NCBI GenBank assembly: GCA_964613485.1
Contig: CAZTHB010000002.1
Coordinates: forward strand, 1-59,314
Length of the DNA: 59,314 nt
Direction of reading: 5' to 3'
Origin: an uncultured Candidatus Saccharibacteria bacterium
Lineage (GTDB): Bacteria; Patescibacteriota; Saccharimonadia; CAILAD01; GCA-016700035
The position numbers were made by a program, and so were the translations under genes. Under the pieces are notes generated by a model, which saw only the letters and a program-made list of their open reading frames with translations, made no database searches and was not told where the DNA came from. This document shows, piece after piece, positions 9,342 through 18,288 of this stretch; positions within the stretch are counted from its first letter, which is position 1; each line of letters begins with the position of its first letter.

Positions 9342-9977
9342 CTACGACCCCTGCCCTGTTTTCGTGGCATCATTTCTAAACTTCTGCACCAGATCTTTAT
9401 CCACAGAAAATACCACTGAAAATTCCTTTTGATCTGAGCTTTTATTCTTTTTATTCGAGACTGAGTCAATTTTTACATTAGTAAAGACTGCTTTCAAATC
9501 AAGGCCTGGGATTTGTTTCTCTGGATATGTATTGTACGTACTAAGCGCATTGCCAAACAACGCCACAGTATTAAAATCAGGAGCCGTAACGGTAGCCTTG
9601 ACCTCATAGCCCGGGTCTACTGTTAATGAAGTCATCTTTACCTCTTTTGGCAAGGCTTCAGCCAATTGATCAAATAGCTGACTAATAAGGATGCGGCTAT
9701 TGCTTACGCTATACGACGCATTAAGCGAATCATTAAACCACGCAACGTCTTCTTCCACACTCTTCTTCAGTTCAATGTCTTTTTTGAGACTCAAGATTGT
9801 ATCTGAGTTACCACGATACTGTAATGTACGTGTTCCAAGCAGGAGGAGGAGGATGACGATCGAAGCACCCACGCTCGTACATACCAGCATTGCAATAATT
9901 GTCACCAGTCGACGGGTCTGCTGATTTTTGAGCTTGAGGATGCGAGCCTCTGGCAGGAGGTTAACTCGAAGCGACAT
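9342..9977 (-). CDS. pilN: PilN-like pilus alignment protein
   Basis: The protein starts MSLRVNLLPEAR...; the INLLP-type motif plus a TM segment is typical of PilN/fimbrial assembly proteins. It follows pilM. Confidence 0.65.
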   Translation of the reverse strand: MSLRVNLLPEARILKLKNQQTRRLVTIIAMLVCTSVGASIVILLLLLGTRTLQYRGNSDTILSLKKDIELKKSVEEDVAWFNDSLNASYSVSNSRILISQLFDQLAEALPKEVKMTSLTVDPGYEVKATVTAPDFNTVALFGNALSTYNTYPEKQIPGLDLKAVFTNVKIDSVSNKKNKSSDQKEFSVVFSVDKDLVQKFRNDATKTGQGS

Positions 9978-9978
9978 A

Positions 9979-11016
9979 CTACACCATGTTCCTCAAGCCT
10001 AGACCAACGGCCGTCGAGTAAGACAATGCCATGCCCGCTAAGCGATCAGTAAAGTCTCGTGAGTAGCTAATCTTTTGCCATGGATTACCCATCTCAACCG
10101 CTAATCCAAGGGCATTAGCCAGGTACACCGGAAGCTCCGGCATAGCAGCTGGGCCACCCGTTATGACAATCTTTTCGATCTTCCCTGCATTACCCTGACT
10201 ATAGAAAAAGTCGACTGACTTACGGATCTCATCCACGATATTATCGAGAAGTGGCTTCATTGCGCGAAATACCTGGCCTTCAAGCTTTGTTTGGGTCATG
10301 CCAAACTTCCGCACGAACTGCTCGGCCTGCACTTCATCGAGACCTAAATTTTGCGCTGTCACGCGAATGAGCGACTTCGCGCCAATATTGACCGATCGAA
10401 TAAGGCCAGTTACACCTTTTGCCACTAATGCGATATCGGTCGTGAGCGACGTAAAGTCAACCAGCACAACGTCGATGTCAGCAGTCGGCACCATGGCTCG
10501 TGCCTGAGCGATCGCATTGACGTCCAATGCCATAAGCTCAAGTCCAGCCGACTGGAAGATACTGAGGTATTTATTTGCGACTACTGTTGGTGTAGCCACG
10601 ATCAGCACATCAATCTCTGCAACATCCTTATCTTGCGTCACTTTCGTAAAATCCAACTTGACCTGCTCAAGCGGCATTGGGATATATTTGTCAGCCTGAT
10701 AGCGGATAGAGTGCGCGATCTCCTGCTCGGTCATTTGCGGCATCTTGATGATGCTCGCAAATACCTTACTCGCCGGCAGCCCAGCTACGACGTTCTTGGT
10801 GCTCACACGAGCATCATTTGCAAGCTGCTTTAATGCAGCCGCGACTCGCTCGAGGTCCGCCGGTGCGTCAGAGCTCATGATCCCCTGTGGGAGCTCGATG
10901 TCACCGTACGTTACGAGCGTAGGTTTGTCGTGTATGTTTTTGAGCTCAACGAGTCGAACCCCGGAGTTACCGAGATCTACACCAAAGTAATGTTCATCTT
11001 CTGTAAATACTTGCAT
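9979..11016 (-). CDS. pilM: Type IV pilus assembly protein PilM (actin-like ATPase fold)
   Basis: The 345-aa protein has FGVDLGNSGVRLVEL and later actin-fold motifs. It sits in the canonical position ahead of pilN and pilO. Confidence 0.9.
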   Translation of the reverse strand: MQVFTEDEHYFGVDLGNSGVRLVELKNIHDKPTLVTYGDIELPQGIMSSDAPADLERVAAALKQLANDARVSTKNVVAGLPASKVFASIIKMPQMTEQEIAHSIRYQADKYIPMPLEQVKLDFTKVTQDKDVAEIDVLIVATPTVVANKYLSIFQSAGLELMALDVNAIAQARAMVPTADIDVVLVDFTSLTTDIALVAKGVTGLIRSVNIGAKSLIRVTAQNLGLDEVQAEQFVRKFGMTQTKLEGQVFRAMKPLLDNIVDEIRKSVDFFYSQGNAGKIEKIVITGGPAAMPELPVYLANALGLAVEMGNPWQKISYSRDFTDRLAGMALSYSTAVGLGLRNMV

Positions 11017-11023
11017 ACTAGTT

Positions 11024-11029
11024 ATGATA
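11024..11029 (-). promoter_or_regulatory. -10-like box (TATCAT on minus strand) 7 nt upstream of the pilM ATG
   Basis: The minus strand reads attATCATaactagtATG, i.e. TATCAT-N7-ATG. The only SD-like AGGA is 15 nt away. Confidence 0.3.
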
Positions 11030-11128
11030 ATTCCTACTTAATTTTACCATAACTACTTTCGTGAATGGGGACTTTTTAGCTTATGAGTTTTTACTATTGC
11101 GAACCGCTGCCTATTGGAGGTAAGGCGT

Positions 11129-14100
11129 TTAAAGCTTAGGGGTGTAATTGCCCTGTAGGTATACCAGGGAGTCTGAGTTACCATTTGGCAAAAGGTCAAA
11201 TCCAGGAGGGGTTGTAATAAGGCTCATACCATTACCGATAATATCTTCAGCTGGTTCGCCCCAATATCTATCCTCAGGTTGATAATCGAAGTCAGGATTA
11301 CTTATTGGTAGACCCGTGTTGTTTTGGAAATAGTTACGTCCAAAGGCTACACCATTCAACCCATACAGACCTCCACGCACCACGAGCCTCTTATTACACT
11401 GCTGGGCTTGAGCAACTTCTGCTGGACTGGCTGGGTTTTTGTATCCGGTCGTGTTCGTTGGATAAGCAGAGCAAGTATAGATCTTACCGGTAGCAAATAT
11501 GTACGCATCTATTCGGGTAACTGCTGGGTCAATATACACATCGCCCTTAACGAGAATTCCGAGGCTCGGTAATGCCGCTGCCAGATCCGTCAGATCACCT
11601 GCTGAGTTATAACTTACAGTTGCCGGACTCATTGCGACAATATCTGCTTTGATGGTCAATGAATCATCCAGTAAGACAGTGCCCTTACCACCATTGTATT
11701 TTTTTGGAGAAGGACCGTTTAGGGTGTCTCCGCCGTTTACTATATGAAATGCCGGGCAATTACTGCCTATAAAGCTGCCACCGATATACTGCCCTGCCGC
11801 GTTCAGTACAGAGTTAATACTACCGATCTTCTTCTCAGCACGCTTCGTAGGATCAAGCGGCGGCTTAGCTGGATCGTAGGATGTGCAAGTTGAACTATCT
11901 GCGATGCTCTTCACTCGATCATAGTAACTCGACATCTGGTCTTTCTGTAACGTGACTTCGTATGGAGAGAAGGTTGAAGCGCAAGCAGAGTTAGCATTTG
12001 CCTGCCCGAATAAATATGCATTTGAGCTACAGAAGTTACTCCCACCCATCACTGCCATAACCATATAGGTTGTGTCAAAGCTTGGGTCAGTAGCTTTCCT
12101 TACACCGCGCACGCCTGAGGGCTGCCCAACAATCCCCTGACTACTTATCATATCTAGCGATGTAGTAGAGCCATTCTGAATTCTCAGCCATGGATGATAG
12201 AATCCTCGCACAGTTACGGTTGTCTGACAAATCTGCCCAAACTCTTCTATACCACTTGGTCCTACATAAGCCATTTGCACCTTAAGTGGGATGTTCCGAC
12301 CTGTAATATTTGCAGCTTGTGGCTTCAGGGAGACATTAAATGTATGGTTAGCACCTGGATTTACCGTGTCGCTATCGCTAAGCGCTCCACCAGACACCAA
12401 CTGTGTAGTGGGACTAGTCCAAAATTCATCGCTATCCTCGGTCAAAACTAGGCGGTGGCCTTCATCTACACTTGGCTTCTTCTTCCATATTGAGCCACCA
12501 TTATTACCCATTACAACTTGTACATTGATAGTGCCTGCCATATCTGCCCCGCCGCCGAGCACGGCATTGAAGTTATTGCTAATACACTGGGCACTATTCG
12601 CGCAAACGTGTGTCTTCGTATCGAGATTGTAGGTAGTGCCTCCATATGTTGCGGTGAGGCGCAATGTGCGAGTCACTCCATCCTTGTACTCGTTTGGTAC
12701 AGTTATACTCGAGCTACTACCGAGTGAAACACCATCAATAGTAAGGTCAACTGTAGTCCCGCTCGGACCAGATACACTAGTTGTAATAAGAGAGCATGTC
12801 GATGTGATAGTGCCGCTGATCTTTGGTTTATATACCCAATCCACCGTAATAGTCTCGCCATTACCCGCCTGGCCAGCATAGTACTGATAGGTCGATGACG
12901 GGATAAGCGGCCCACCACTCTCCTTATACCCAACGAGATCGAAGCCAGTAACATTCGCTGAGGTCAACGAGTGAGCTTGATTTGCCAAGATACCGTTGAT
13001 CGCATATGGGTTACTTGTGTCGCAGGCCGTCGAGTCAATACAGACATTCGCTCCGCCATACGGACTACCAACAGCTCCAGCTTCGTTTATCTTACGGCCA
13101 GTGAAATTTACTCGTGGTGGCTCTTCTGGACGATTGTCCTTAAAGTGCACCGTGATGCTTGTCGTGACACCAGATCCTACATAAAAGCTATGCGGCTCGG
13201 CAGTGATGTCAAACACTGCACCAGGAGGTTGGTTTGAATACGTTGCTTCCATCTTTAAGTAAGACCAGTTGTCGTTAAGATCCATAGGAGACACTGTGCC
13301 GCCTACATTAGAGATAAGCGCCAAATAATAACCGCCGGAGTTTATCTCATCCCTCCATTCAGCGCTAGATTGAGTGTCATTATCAAGACAAATAAAGGTA
13401 AACCCGAATGGATTGCCTGGTCCAGCAATGCTCGTACTTGATACACAATCAACCAGTCTCTTGTCGGTCGGTACCCGCCCTTCTACCACAGAACCATCAC
13501 GATTATGAAGGATATGCGTGATCTTAATCGTGCCCTTCAAAATTGGCGCGCAGTCTATGTAGATGTCCTTGTTGCCCTGATTGGACCCATTCGCACCAGA
13601 TGGCATAATCAGATCCACGTCCTTCTGACAGCCTCCTGGAACTGTGACGATCGCGCGCCACTTGATATAGCAGCTAAAAGCTTGACCAGTCAACGATGCG
13701 TTTCTGTCACTCAGAGCATTAGCACTCCAGCTACCAGATGACCAATAGCCTGCCCCGTCCGTAGGAAAAGCACCATCGGCAGAGGCGTTACCGCAGCGGG
13801 CCTGACCTGCACGCGGCGTAACCAACACTGTAGCCCCCGACCACGGGTCGCCAGAAGAGCGCATCACCCTACCGCTAAATGTCACCGTATGGCGATCCGT
13901 CGCAGTCACACTACAAGCAGAGGCATTTTGAACGCCCAAGATGGAGCGAGCAATCTTTGAGAATATCGAGCTATTGCTCGCAATAGAGCAGAAAAATGCA
14001 TCGTTATCAGCAATCTGCTTCTGCGAGAAGGCGGAAGTCAATTTGCGAACATCCCACCCGTCATTGAAGAGACTTGCATCTTTTAGCACCTGCGCGTTGT

Positions 14101-15139
14101 AGTCATCCCACGAAGCGAATGAGCCTTCACCAATAGCAGTCAAGCGATCAATGTAATAGTATCCAGCTGCAGATTTCGTGATTGGCGTAAATTCACCAAC
14201 CTTCGTCAGGCGCTCTATTTCATTCCACTCGCTCTGGTCTTGAAATTGTCCGGGATTCGCTGCCCTATTGAGATTCAGCATCTTGATTGGTATCGCAGCT
14301 GATGGCGATAACGCGCTTGAATCTTCTAGATCTCTGCCGCTCGTTGCTACATTAATAATCTCTTCATCACTTGCATTGCGTTGCATGAGTGGCAAAATTC
14401 TTTGCTCGAGCGCTCCCTTCGCTAGGCGATCGGCCTCAGCCTCAGACCATGTAACTCCATTTACTGCTGAGATATCCCAGCGAGTAATGACGTGCAATAC
14501 ATCTCGATAACTCAGAACCTTAGTCGCAAGCACATCCTGCATTGCACGCATGCGGATAGCTCGAATTGCAGTTGCATCATCGGTAAATCCATATATAGCC
14601 TTGATGGCCTCAATATTGAGACGAATCGTCTCCGCATCATTGCTACCCTTCAAAGAATCTGGATTCTTTTGGAGCTCTTTGACGATATCAGAGTCCTTGA
14701 GCGACAATTTATTTCGCTCCATATCTGCCAACATTGCCTGTTCGATGAGGAGTTGCTCTCGCGCGTACTTCTCTACATCGGTGCCGGACGTGCTGCCATC
14801 ACGATTTGTCGCTAGCTTTCCATATGCATTCTTGGCATCCTCAAATTGCTGCTTACTTATCGTCTTCCCTTTTATTCGTGCGACAGCATCCCTATTCACA
14901 AAGTAGTTATAACCAACAAAAGCGACTGCAGCCACAAGCACAATCACAAAAATACCCAGGATCTTGGTCTTGAGCGTAAACCGAGGCGCTTTGTGCTTCA
15001 TGATATTAGCTGGGCCTTCTATTTCCCCACTCCCTGCATTGGTCGCCACAGTTGGTTGCACAACAGTAGTAGGCACACTGCCACGCTGCAGCTTGCCGCC
15101 GTCCTTCTTGGGACGCAAACTATCGATTGATCGAGGCAT
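11129..15139 (-). CDS. 1336-aa membrane-anchored giant protein: N-terminal TM + SurA-N/PpiC(parvulin)-like region + ~950-aa Cys-containing beta-rich extracellular region
   Basis: It is an uninterrupted ORF with a TM segment (ILGIFVIVLVAAVAFVGY). A PrsA/PpiD-like segment follows and ends ...KSAAGYYYIDRL. The Gly/Ser/Thr/Asn-rich remainder has many Cys. It lies immediately upstream of pilM on the same strand. Confidence 0.8.
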   Translation of the reverse strand: MPRSIDSLRPKKDGGKLQRGSVPTTVVQPTVATNAGSGEIEGPANIMKHKAPRFTLKTKILGIFVIVLVAAVAFVGYNYFVNRDAVARIKGKTISKQQFEDAKNAYGKLATNRDGSTSGTDVEKYAREQLLIEQAMLADMERNKLSLKDSDIVKELQKNPDSLKGSNDAETIRLNIEAIKAIYGFTDDATAIRAIRMRAMQDVLATKVLSYRDVLHVITRWDISAVNGVTWSEAEADRLAKGALEQRILPLMQRNASDEEIINVATSGRDLEDSSALSPSAAIPIKMLNLNRAANPGQFQDQSEWNEIERLTKVGEFTPITKSAAGYYYIDRLTAIGEGSFASWDDYNAQVLKDASLFNDGWDVRKLTSAFSQKQIADNDAFFCSIASNSSIFSKIARSILGVQNASACSVTATDRHTVTFSGRVMRSSGDPWSGATVLVTPRAGQARCGNASADGAFPTDGAGYWSSGSWSANALSDRNASLTGQAFSCYIKWRAIVTVPGGCQKDVDLIMPSGANGSNQGNKDIYIDCAPILKGTIKITHILHNRDGSVVEGRVPTDKRLVDCVSSTSIAGPGNPFGFTFICLDNDTQSSAEWRDEINSGGYYLALISNVGGTVSPMDLNDNWSYLKMEATYSNQPPGAVFDITAEPHSFYVGSGVTTSITVHFKDNRPEEPPRVNFTGRKINEAGAVGSPYGGANVCIDSTACDTSNPYAINGILANQAHSLTSANVTGFDLVGYKESGGPLIPSSTYQYYAGQAGNGETITVDWVYKPKISGTITSTCSLITTSVSGPSGTTVDLTIDGVSLGSSSSITVPNEYKDGVTRTLRLTATYGGTTYNLDTKTHVCANSAQCISNNFNAVLGGGADMAGTINVQVVMGNNGGSIWKKKPSVDEGHRLVLTEDSDEFWTSPTTQLVSGGALSDSDTVNPGANHTFNVSLKPQAANITGRNIPLKVQMAYVGPSGIEEFGQICQTTVTVRGFYHPWLRIQNGSTTSLDMISSQGIVGQPSGVRGVRKATDPSFDTTYMVMAVMGGSNFCSSNAYLFGQANANSACASTFSPYEVTLQKDQMSSYYDRVKSIADSSTCTSYDPAKPPLDPTKRAEKKIGSINSVLNAAGQYIGGSFIGSNCPAFHIVNGGDTLNGPSPKKYNGGKGTVLLDDSLTIKADIVAMSPATVSYNSAGDLTDLAAALPSLGILVKGDVYIDPAVTRIDAYIFATGKIYTCSAYPTNTTGYKNPASPAEVAQAQQCNKRLVVRGGLYGLNGVAFGRNYFQNNTGLPISNPDFDYQPEDRYWGEPAEDIIGNGMSLITTPPGFDLLPNGNSDSLVYLQGNYTPKL

Positions 15140-15253
15140 ACCTTTTCCACGTCATAATACTTACGTCTATGTTACCGTGGGACATAAGTGAGCGCAAGCA
15201 CTTTGATCGTGATGAATCAAAATTATGCTTGATCTGCAAAATATTCTCCTATC

Positions 15254-15262
15254 TGATACAAT
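15254..15262 (+). promoter_or_regulatory. Extended -10 box (TGaTACAAT) 6 nt upstream of the ychF ATG; putative leaderless promoter
   Basis: The sequence reads cTGaTACAATgtccggATG. There is no SD. Confidence 0.4.
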
Positions 15263-15268
15263 GTCCGG

Positions 15269-16351
15269 ATGAGCAATCTAAGTATCGGCATAGTCGGTCT
15301 GCCAAACGTGGGCAAATCCACCCTCTTCAATGCCCTCACAAAGTCAGACATTCTTGCAGCCAACTACCCATTCGCAACGATCGAACCCAATGTCGGCATA
15401 GTACCGCTTCCTGACAACCGTCTTGGGCGCCTAGCTGAAGTCGTAGGCTCCGAAAAAACTATTCCCGCCCCCGTGAGCTTCACAGACATCGCCGGCATCG
15501 TAAAGGGAGCTGCCGAAGGAGCTGGCTTGGGTAATAAATTCTTAAGTCACATTCGAGAATGTGCTGCCATCGTGCAAGTCGTGCGTGCCTTCGAGAATGA
15601 TGACATAATTCATGTCAACAATTCCATCGATCCATCGCGCGACATCGATACTATCAAAACTGAGCTCATTCTAGCCGATCTCTCAACTATCGATAAGGCT
15701 CTTCCACGCTACGAAAAAGAGTCAAAGAACTCCCCAGAAGCAAAACAAGCGGTTGCGGATTTACAAGCTCTGCGTGACGCACTGGATAATGGCGAGCTGG
15801 CGATCACGCAATATACCGAAGAGATTCCGCAAGCCGTGCGCGAACTCCAACTAATAACCGCCAAGCCTTTTATCTACGTCTTCAATGTCGACGAAGCAGG
15901 GCTCAGTGATACAGTACGACATGCTGAACTCATCGCGAGTGTGTCTCCCCTCTCCGCAATCGTACTTTGTGCCGAGCTCGAATCACAGCTTAAGGACATG
16001 AGTAGTGAAGACGCACATGAGCTGCTTGGCGAATACGGCCAACATGAATCGGGGCTCGAGAAGCTCGCCCATCTTGGATTTAAGACACTAGGCCTGCAGA
16101 CATATTTCACCGCTGGCGAAAAGGAGGCTAAAGCCTGGGTCATCCCACAAGGTGCAACCGCTCCAGAAGCTGCGGGGGTCATTCATACTGATTTTGAAAA
16201 GGGCTTCATCAAAGCTGAGGTCGTGGGCTGGGAAGATTTTGTTGGATTAGGAGGGTGGGCCGGTGCACGAGAGTCAGGTAAGGCGCGCCTTGAGGGACGC
16301 GACTACATCATGCAGGACGGCGATGTGGTTCTGTTTAAATTCAACGTGTAG
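15269..16351 (+). CDS. ychF: Ribosome-binding ATPase YchF (Obg-like)
   Basis: It has IGIVGLPNVGKSTLFNALT, the YchF coiled-coil insert and a C-terminal TGS-like domain (DFEKGFIKAEV). Confidence 0.95.
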   Translation: MSNLSIGIVGLPNVGKSTLFNALTKSDILAANYPFATIEPNVGIVPLPDNRLGRLAEVVGSEKTIPAPVSFTDIAGIVKGAAEGAGLGNKFLSHIRECAAIVQVVRAFENDDIIHVNNSIDPSRDIDTIKTELILADLSTIDKALPRYEKESKNSPEAKQAVADLQALRDALDNGELAITQYTEEIPQAVRELQLITAKPFIYVFNVDEAGLSDTVRHAELIASVSPLSAIVLCAELESQLKDMSSEDAHELLGEYGQHESGLEKLAHLGFKTLGLQTYFTAGEKEAKAWVIPQGATAPEAAGVIHTDFEKGFIKAEVVGWEDFVGLGGWAGARESGKARLEGRDYIMQDGDVVLFKFNV

Positions 16352-16394
16352 TTCTATCGAAATAAATAGCCCGGTCCGTAGACCGAGCCCATTC

Positions 16395-16862
16395 TCAACC
16401 ACCCAACAGTCGAGTCTGAATCTGACGCAGTAACTCCCTAGGCACTACATTCGTCACCTCGCGCTTATGGTGCTCACCAAACTCAAGATCGCTGAATTCA
16501 ATACCTCCGATTTCTACTGGATGAGCATAACGCGGCCGAACATGCCAATGGACATGTGGCTTTGGATCGGGATCGCGGTATGCATTGTTCATCAACGCAG
16601 CCCATGTCACATGCGTTGCGCCGAGCCTGGTTTTGACCTGCTCTTCGTAAGACTGAATCACGAAACGCAAGTCCATCCACTCATCTTCTGAGAGATCACT
16701 TAGCTCTCCCACGTGCCTGATGCTCGTTACATATGCGCGCCCTAGATAGAACTGGTCTGGAGCGAGTGTCACTTGCCAGAATTCGGTCGTGACGATACCC
16801 ATGCGCCCTTCAGACTCAAGAATATCGCAAACCTGACAACCTTCTACTGGATTGAGATCCAA
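16395..16862 (-). CDS. HIT family hydrolase
   Basis: It has an N-terminal CQVCDIL motif and the histidine triad HVHWHVRPR. The start is TTG (the only option upstream of the Cys motif) and is preceded by an AAGGGA SD. Confidence 0.85.
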   Translation of the reverse strand: MDLNPVEGCQVCDILESEGRMGIVTTEFWQVTLAPDQFYLGRAYVTSIRHVGELSDLSEDEWMDLRFVIQSYEEQVKTRLGATHVTWAALMNNAYRDPDPKPHVHWHVRPRYAHPVEIGGIEFSDLEFGEHHKREVTNVVPRELLRQIQTRLLGG

Positions 16863-16901
16863 GGTACTTTCCCTTCTCTATCGAATTTGAGAATGACGCA
16901 A

Positions 16902-16930
16902 AGTATACTATTACACCGAACATTCTTCAA
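16902..16930 (-). promoter_or_regulatory. Sigma-70-type promoter for the HIT gene
   Basis: The minus strand shows TTGAAG (16930-16925), a 17-nt spacer and TATACT (16907-16902). Confidence 0.45.
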
Positions 16931-16951
16931 GAATGAGCGGTATGGTAAAGA

Positions 16952-17527
16952 CTAAGCCTCGAGATCTTCGGACAAAATCCAGGTAATGTACGATTCGCGT
17001 AACTGGTAGTTGCCTACCTCCTGGGGAATGTGCTGATACAGACTCTCTAAATCCAAATATTTAGTCAACAATAACTTAAGGAGATCAAATCTCGGGATAT
17101 GTGCCCTCAGGCGCAGACCAGGATCATCATCAATAATGAGTATGCCTTGAGTGGCATTAATGAGGTGACCTTCTCTTTGCACATACAACAAGCTTAGGGC
17201 TTTCTTTGAAGGAAACCAGCCGTCGGTTTTTAGCCGCTCAAGACTCTTTTCGATCTCCGGTTTCAACGCAGCTATCTCGGCCTTAGCATATTCACTACCT
17301 TCATCGATCCACTCGGCGAAATCCCAAAGCAAGTGTGCAAAATGATACGCTGTCGGCTTATGGCTATCATCTCTCACAGTAAGCTCATCAGATAGATCTT
17401 TGCCAGAAGCGGGATTCATCTCGCGAGCACATAACTCATCGTACATCTGCTTCAGAGCCCGATACAGCTCAGCGGCTGATAGGTCTGGCTTATTGGCAAT
17501 CTTCTTAATGTCTGAATCTAATGACAT
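16952..17527 (-). CDS. Hypothetical cytoplasmic protein
   Basis: The ORF-track start at 17545 is GTG. The ATG at 17527 has an AGGAG SD 6 nt upstream (MSLDSDIKK...). I recognised no motifs. Confidence 0.6.
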   Translation of the reverse strand: MSLDSDIKKIANKPDLSAAELYRALKQMYDELCAREMNPASGKDLSDELTVRDDSHKPTAYHFAHLLWDFAEWIDEGSEYAKAEIAALKPEIEKSLERLKTDGWFPSKKALSLLYVQREGHLINATQGILIIDDDPGLRLRAHIPRFDLLKLLLTKYLDLESLYQHIPQEVGNYQLRESYITWILSEDLEA

Positions 17528-17577
17528 GCAATACTCCTGCGACACATTATACGCTCGAGAAGCAAGTAGGACTTACT

Positions 17578-18138
17578 CTACTTCACGCGTTCGAGATAGA
17601 CACCTGAACGTGTATCTACTTTGACCATATCACCAGCCTTGATAAATAACGGAGCTTGTACTTCGATGCCAGTCTCGAGCTTCACGGCCTTAGTCGCACC
17701 AGCAGCCGAGTTACCCTTATCTGATCCTGGCGCCTCTACAACCTTCAAGGGCACATTTTTCGGCCATTCAAAGCCAATTATTTGATCCCGGAAGAGATAG
17801 CCTTCGATTTCACCACCTTCAATAATGTACTTCGGCAAATCCGCATCAACGCTCATAGAAACTTCGTGAGTCTCATACGACTCCAAATCCATCAGCGAAT
17901 GCGTATCACCTTGTGTATAGAGATACTGCATCTTTACGCGCTGCAAGTCAGCCGGCTTCACGCGCTCATCGTTACGAAACGTTCGATCAATTACCCCGCC
18001 CGTTATGAGATTTTTGAGCTTGGTGTTCACTATGGAACCACCTCGACCCATCTGCTTTTGTGCATAATCGACGACTTTGTAGGGCGCTCCATCTATCTCG
18101 ATGAGGGTATCTTTGCGTAAGTCAGTTGGTCCGTACAT
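17578..18138 (-). CDS. efp: Elongation factor P
   Basis: The 186-aa protein carries GAPYKVVDYAQKQMGRGGSIVNTKLKNLITG, a typical EF-P sequence. Confidence 0.95.
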   Translation of the reverse strand: MYGPTDLRKDTLIEIDGAPYKVVDYAQKQMGRGGSIVNTKLKNLITGGVIDRTFRNDERVKPADLQRVKMQYLYTQGDTHSLMDLESYETHEVSMSVDADLPKYIIEGGEIEGYLFRDQIIGFEWPKNVPLKVVEAPGSDKGNSAAGATKAVKLETGIEVQAPLFIKAGDMVKVDTRSGVYLERVK

Positions 18139-18192
18139 ATTGTATATGTCTCCTTAATATTATCGTGAGACGTGTTTCTGAGTGAGCAGCTC

Positions 18193-18268
18193 CAAGGCGA
18201 TGCTGCGAACCGTAGCGAGTCGTACTATGCGTACGATGAGCGAGAATCGTAAAGCATCAACGATGCAG
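18193..18268. repeat. Copy A of a ~75-nt conserved intergenic motif (between rpsR stop and efp start)
   Basis: It shares CAAGGCGA-N30-GTACGATGAG with 32227-32300 at identical spacing. Within the N30, 14 of 30 positions match, and there is similarity downstream. Confidence 0.35.
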
Positions 18269-18288
18269 ATGCCGCTCAAAACGCGTCG

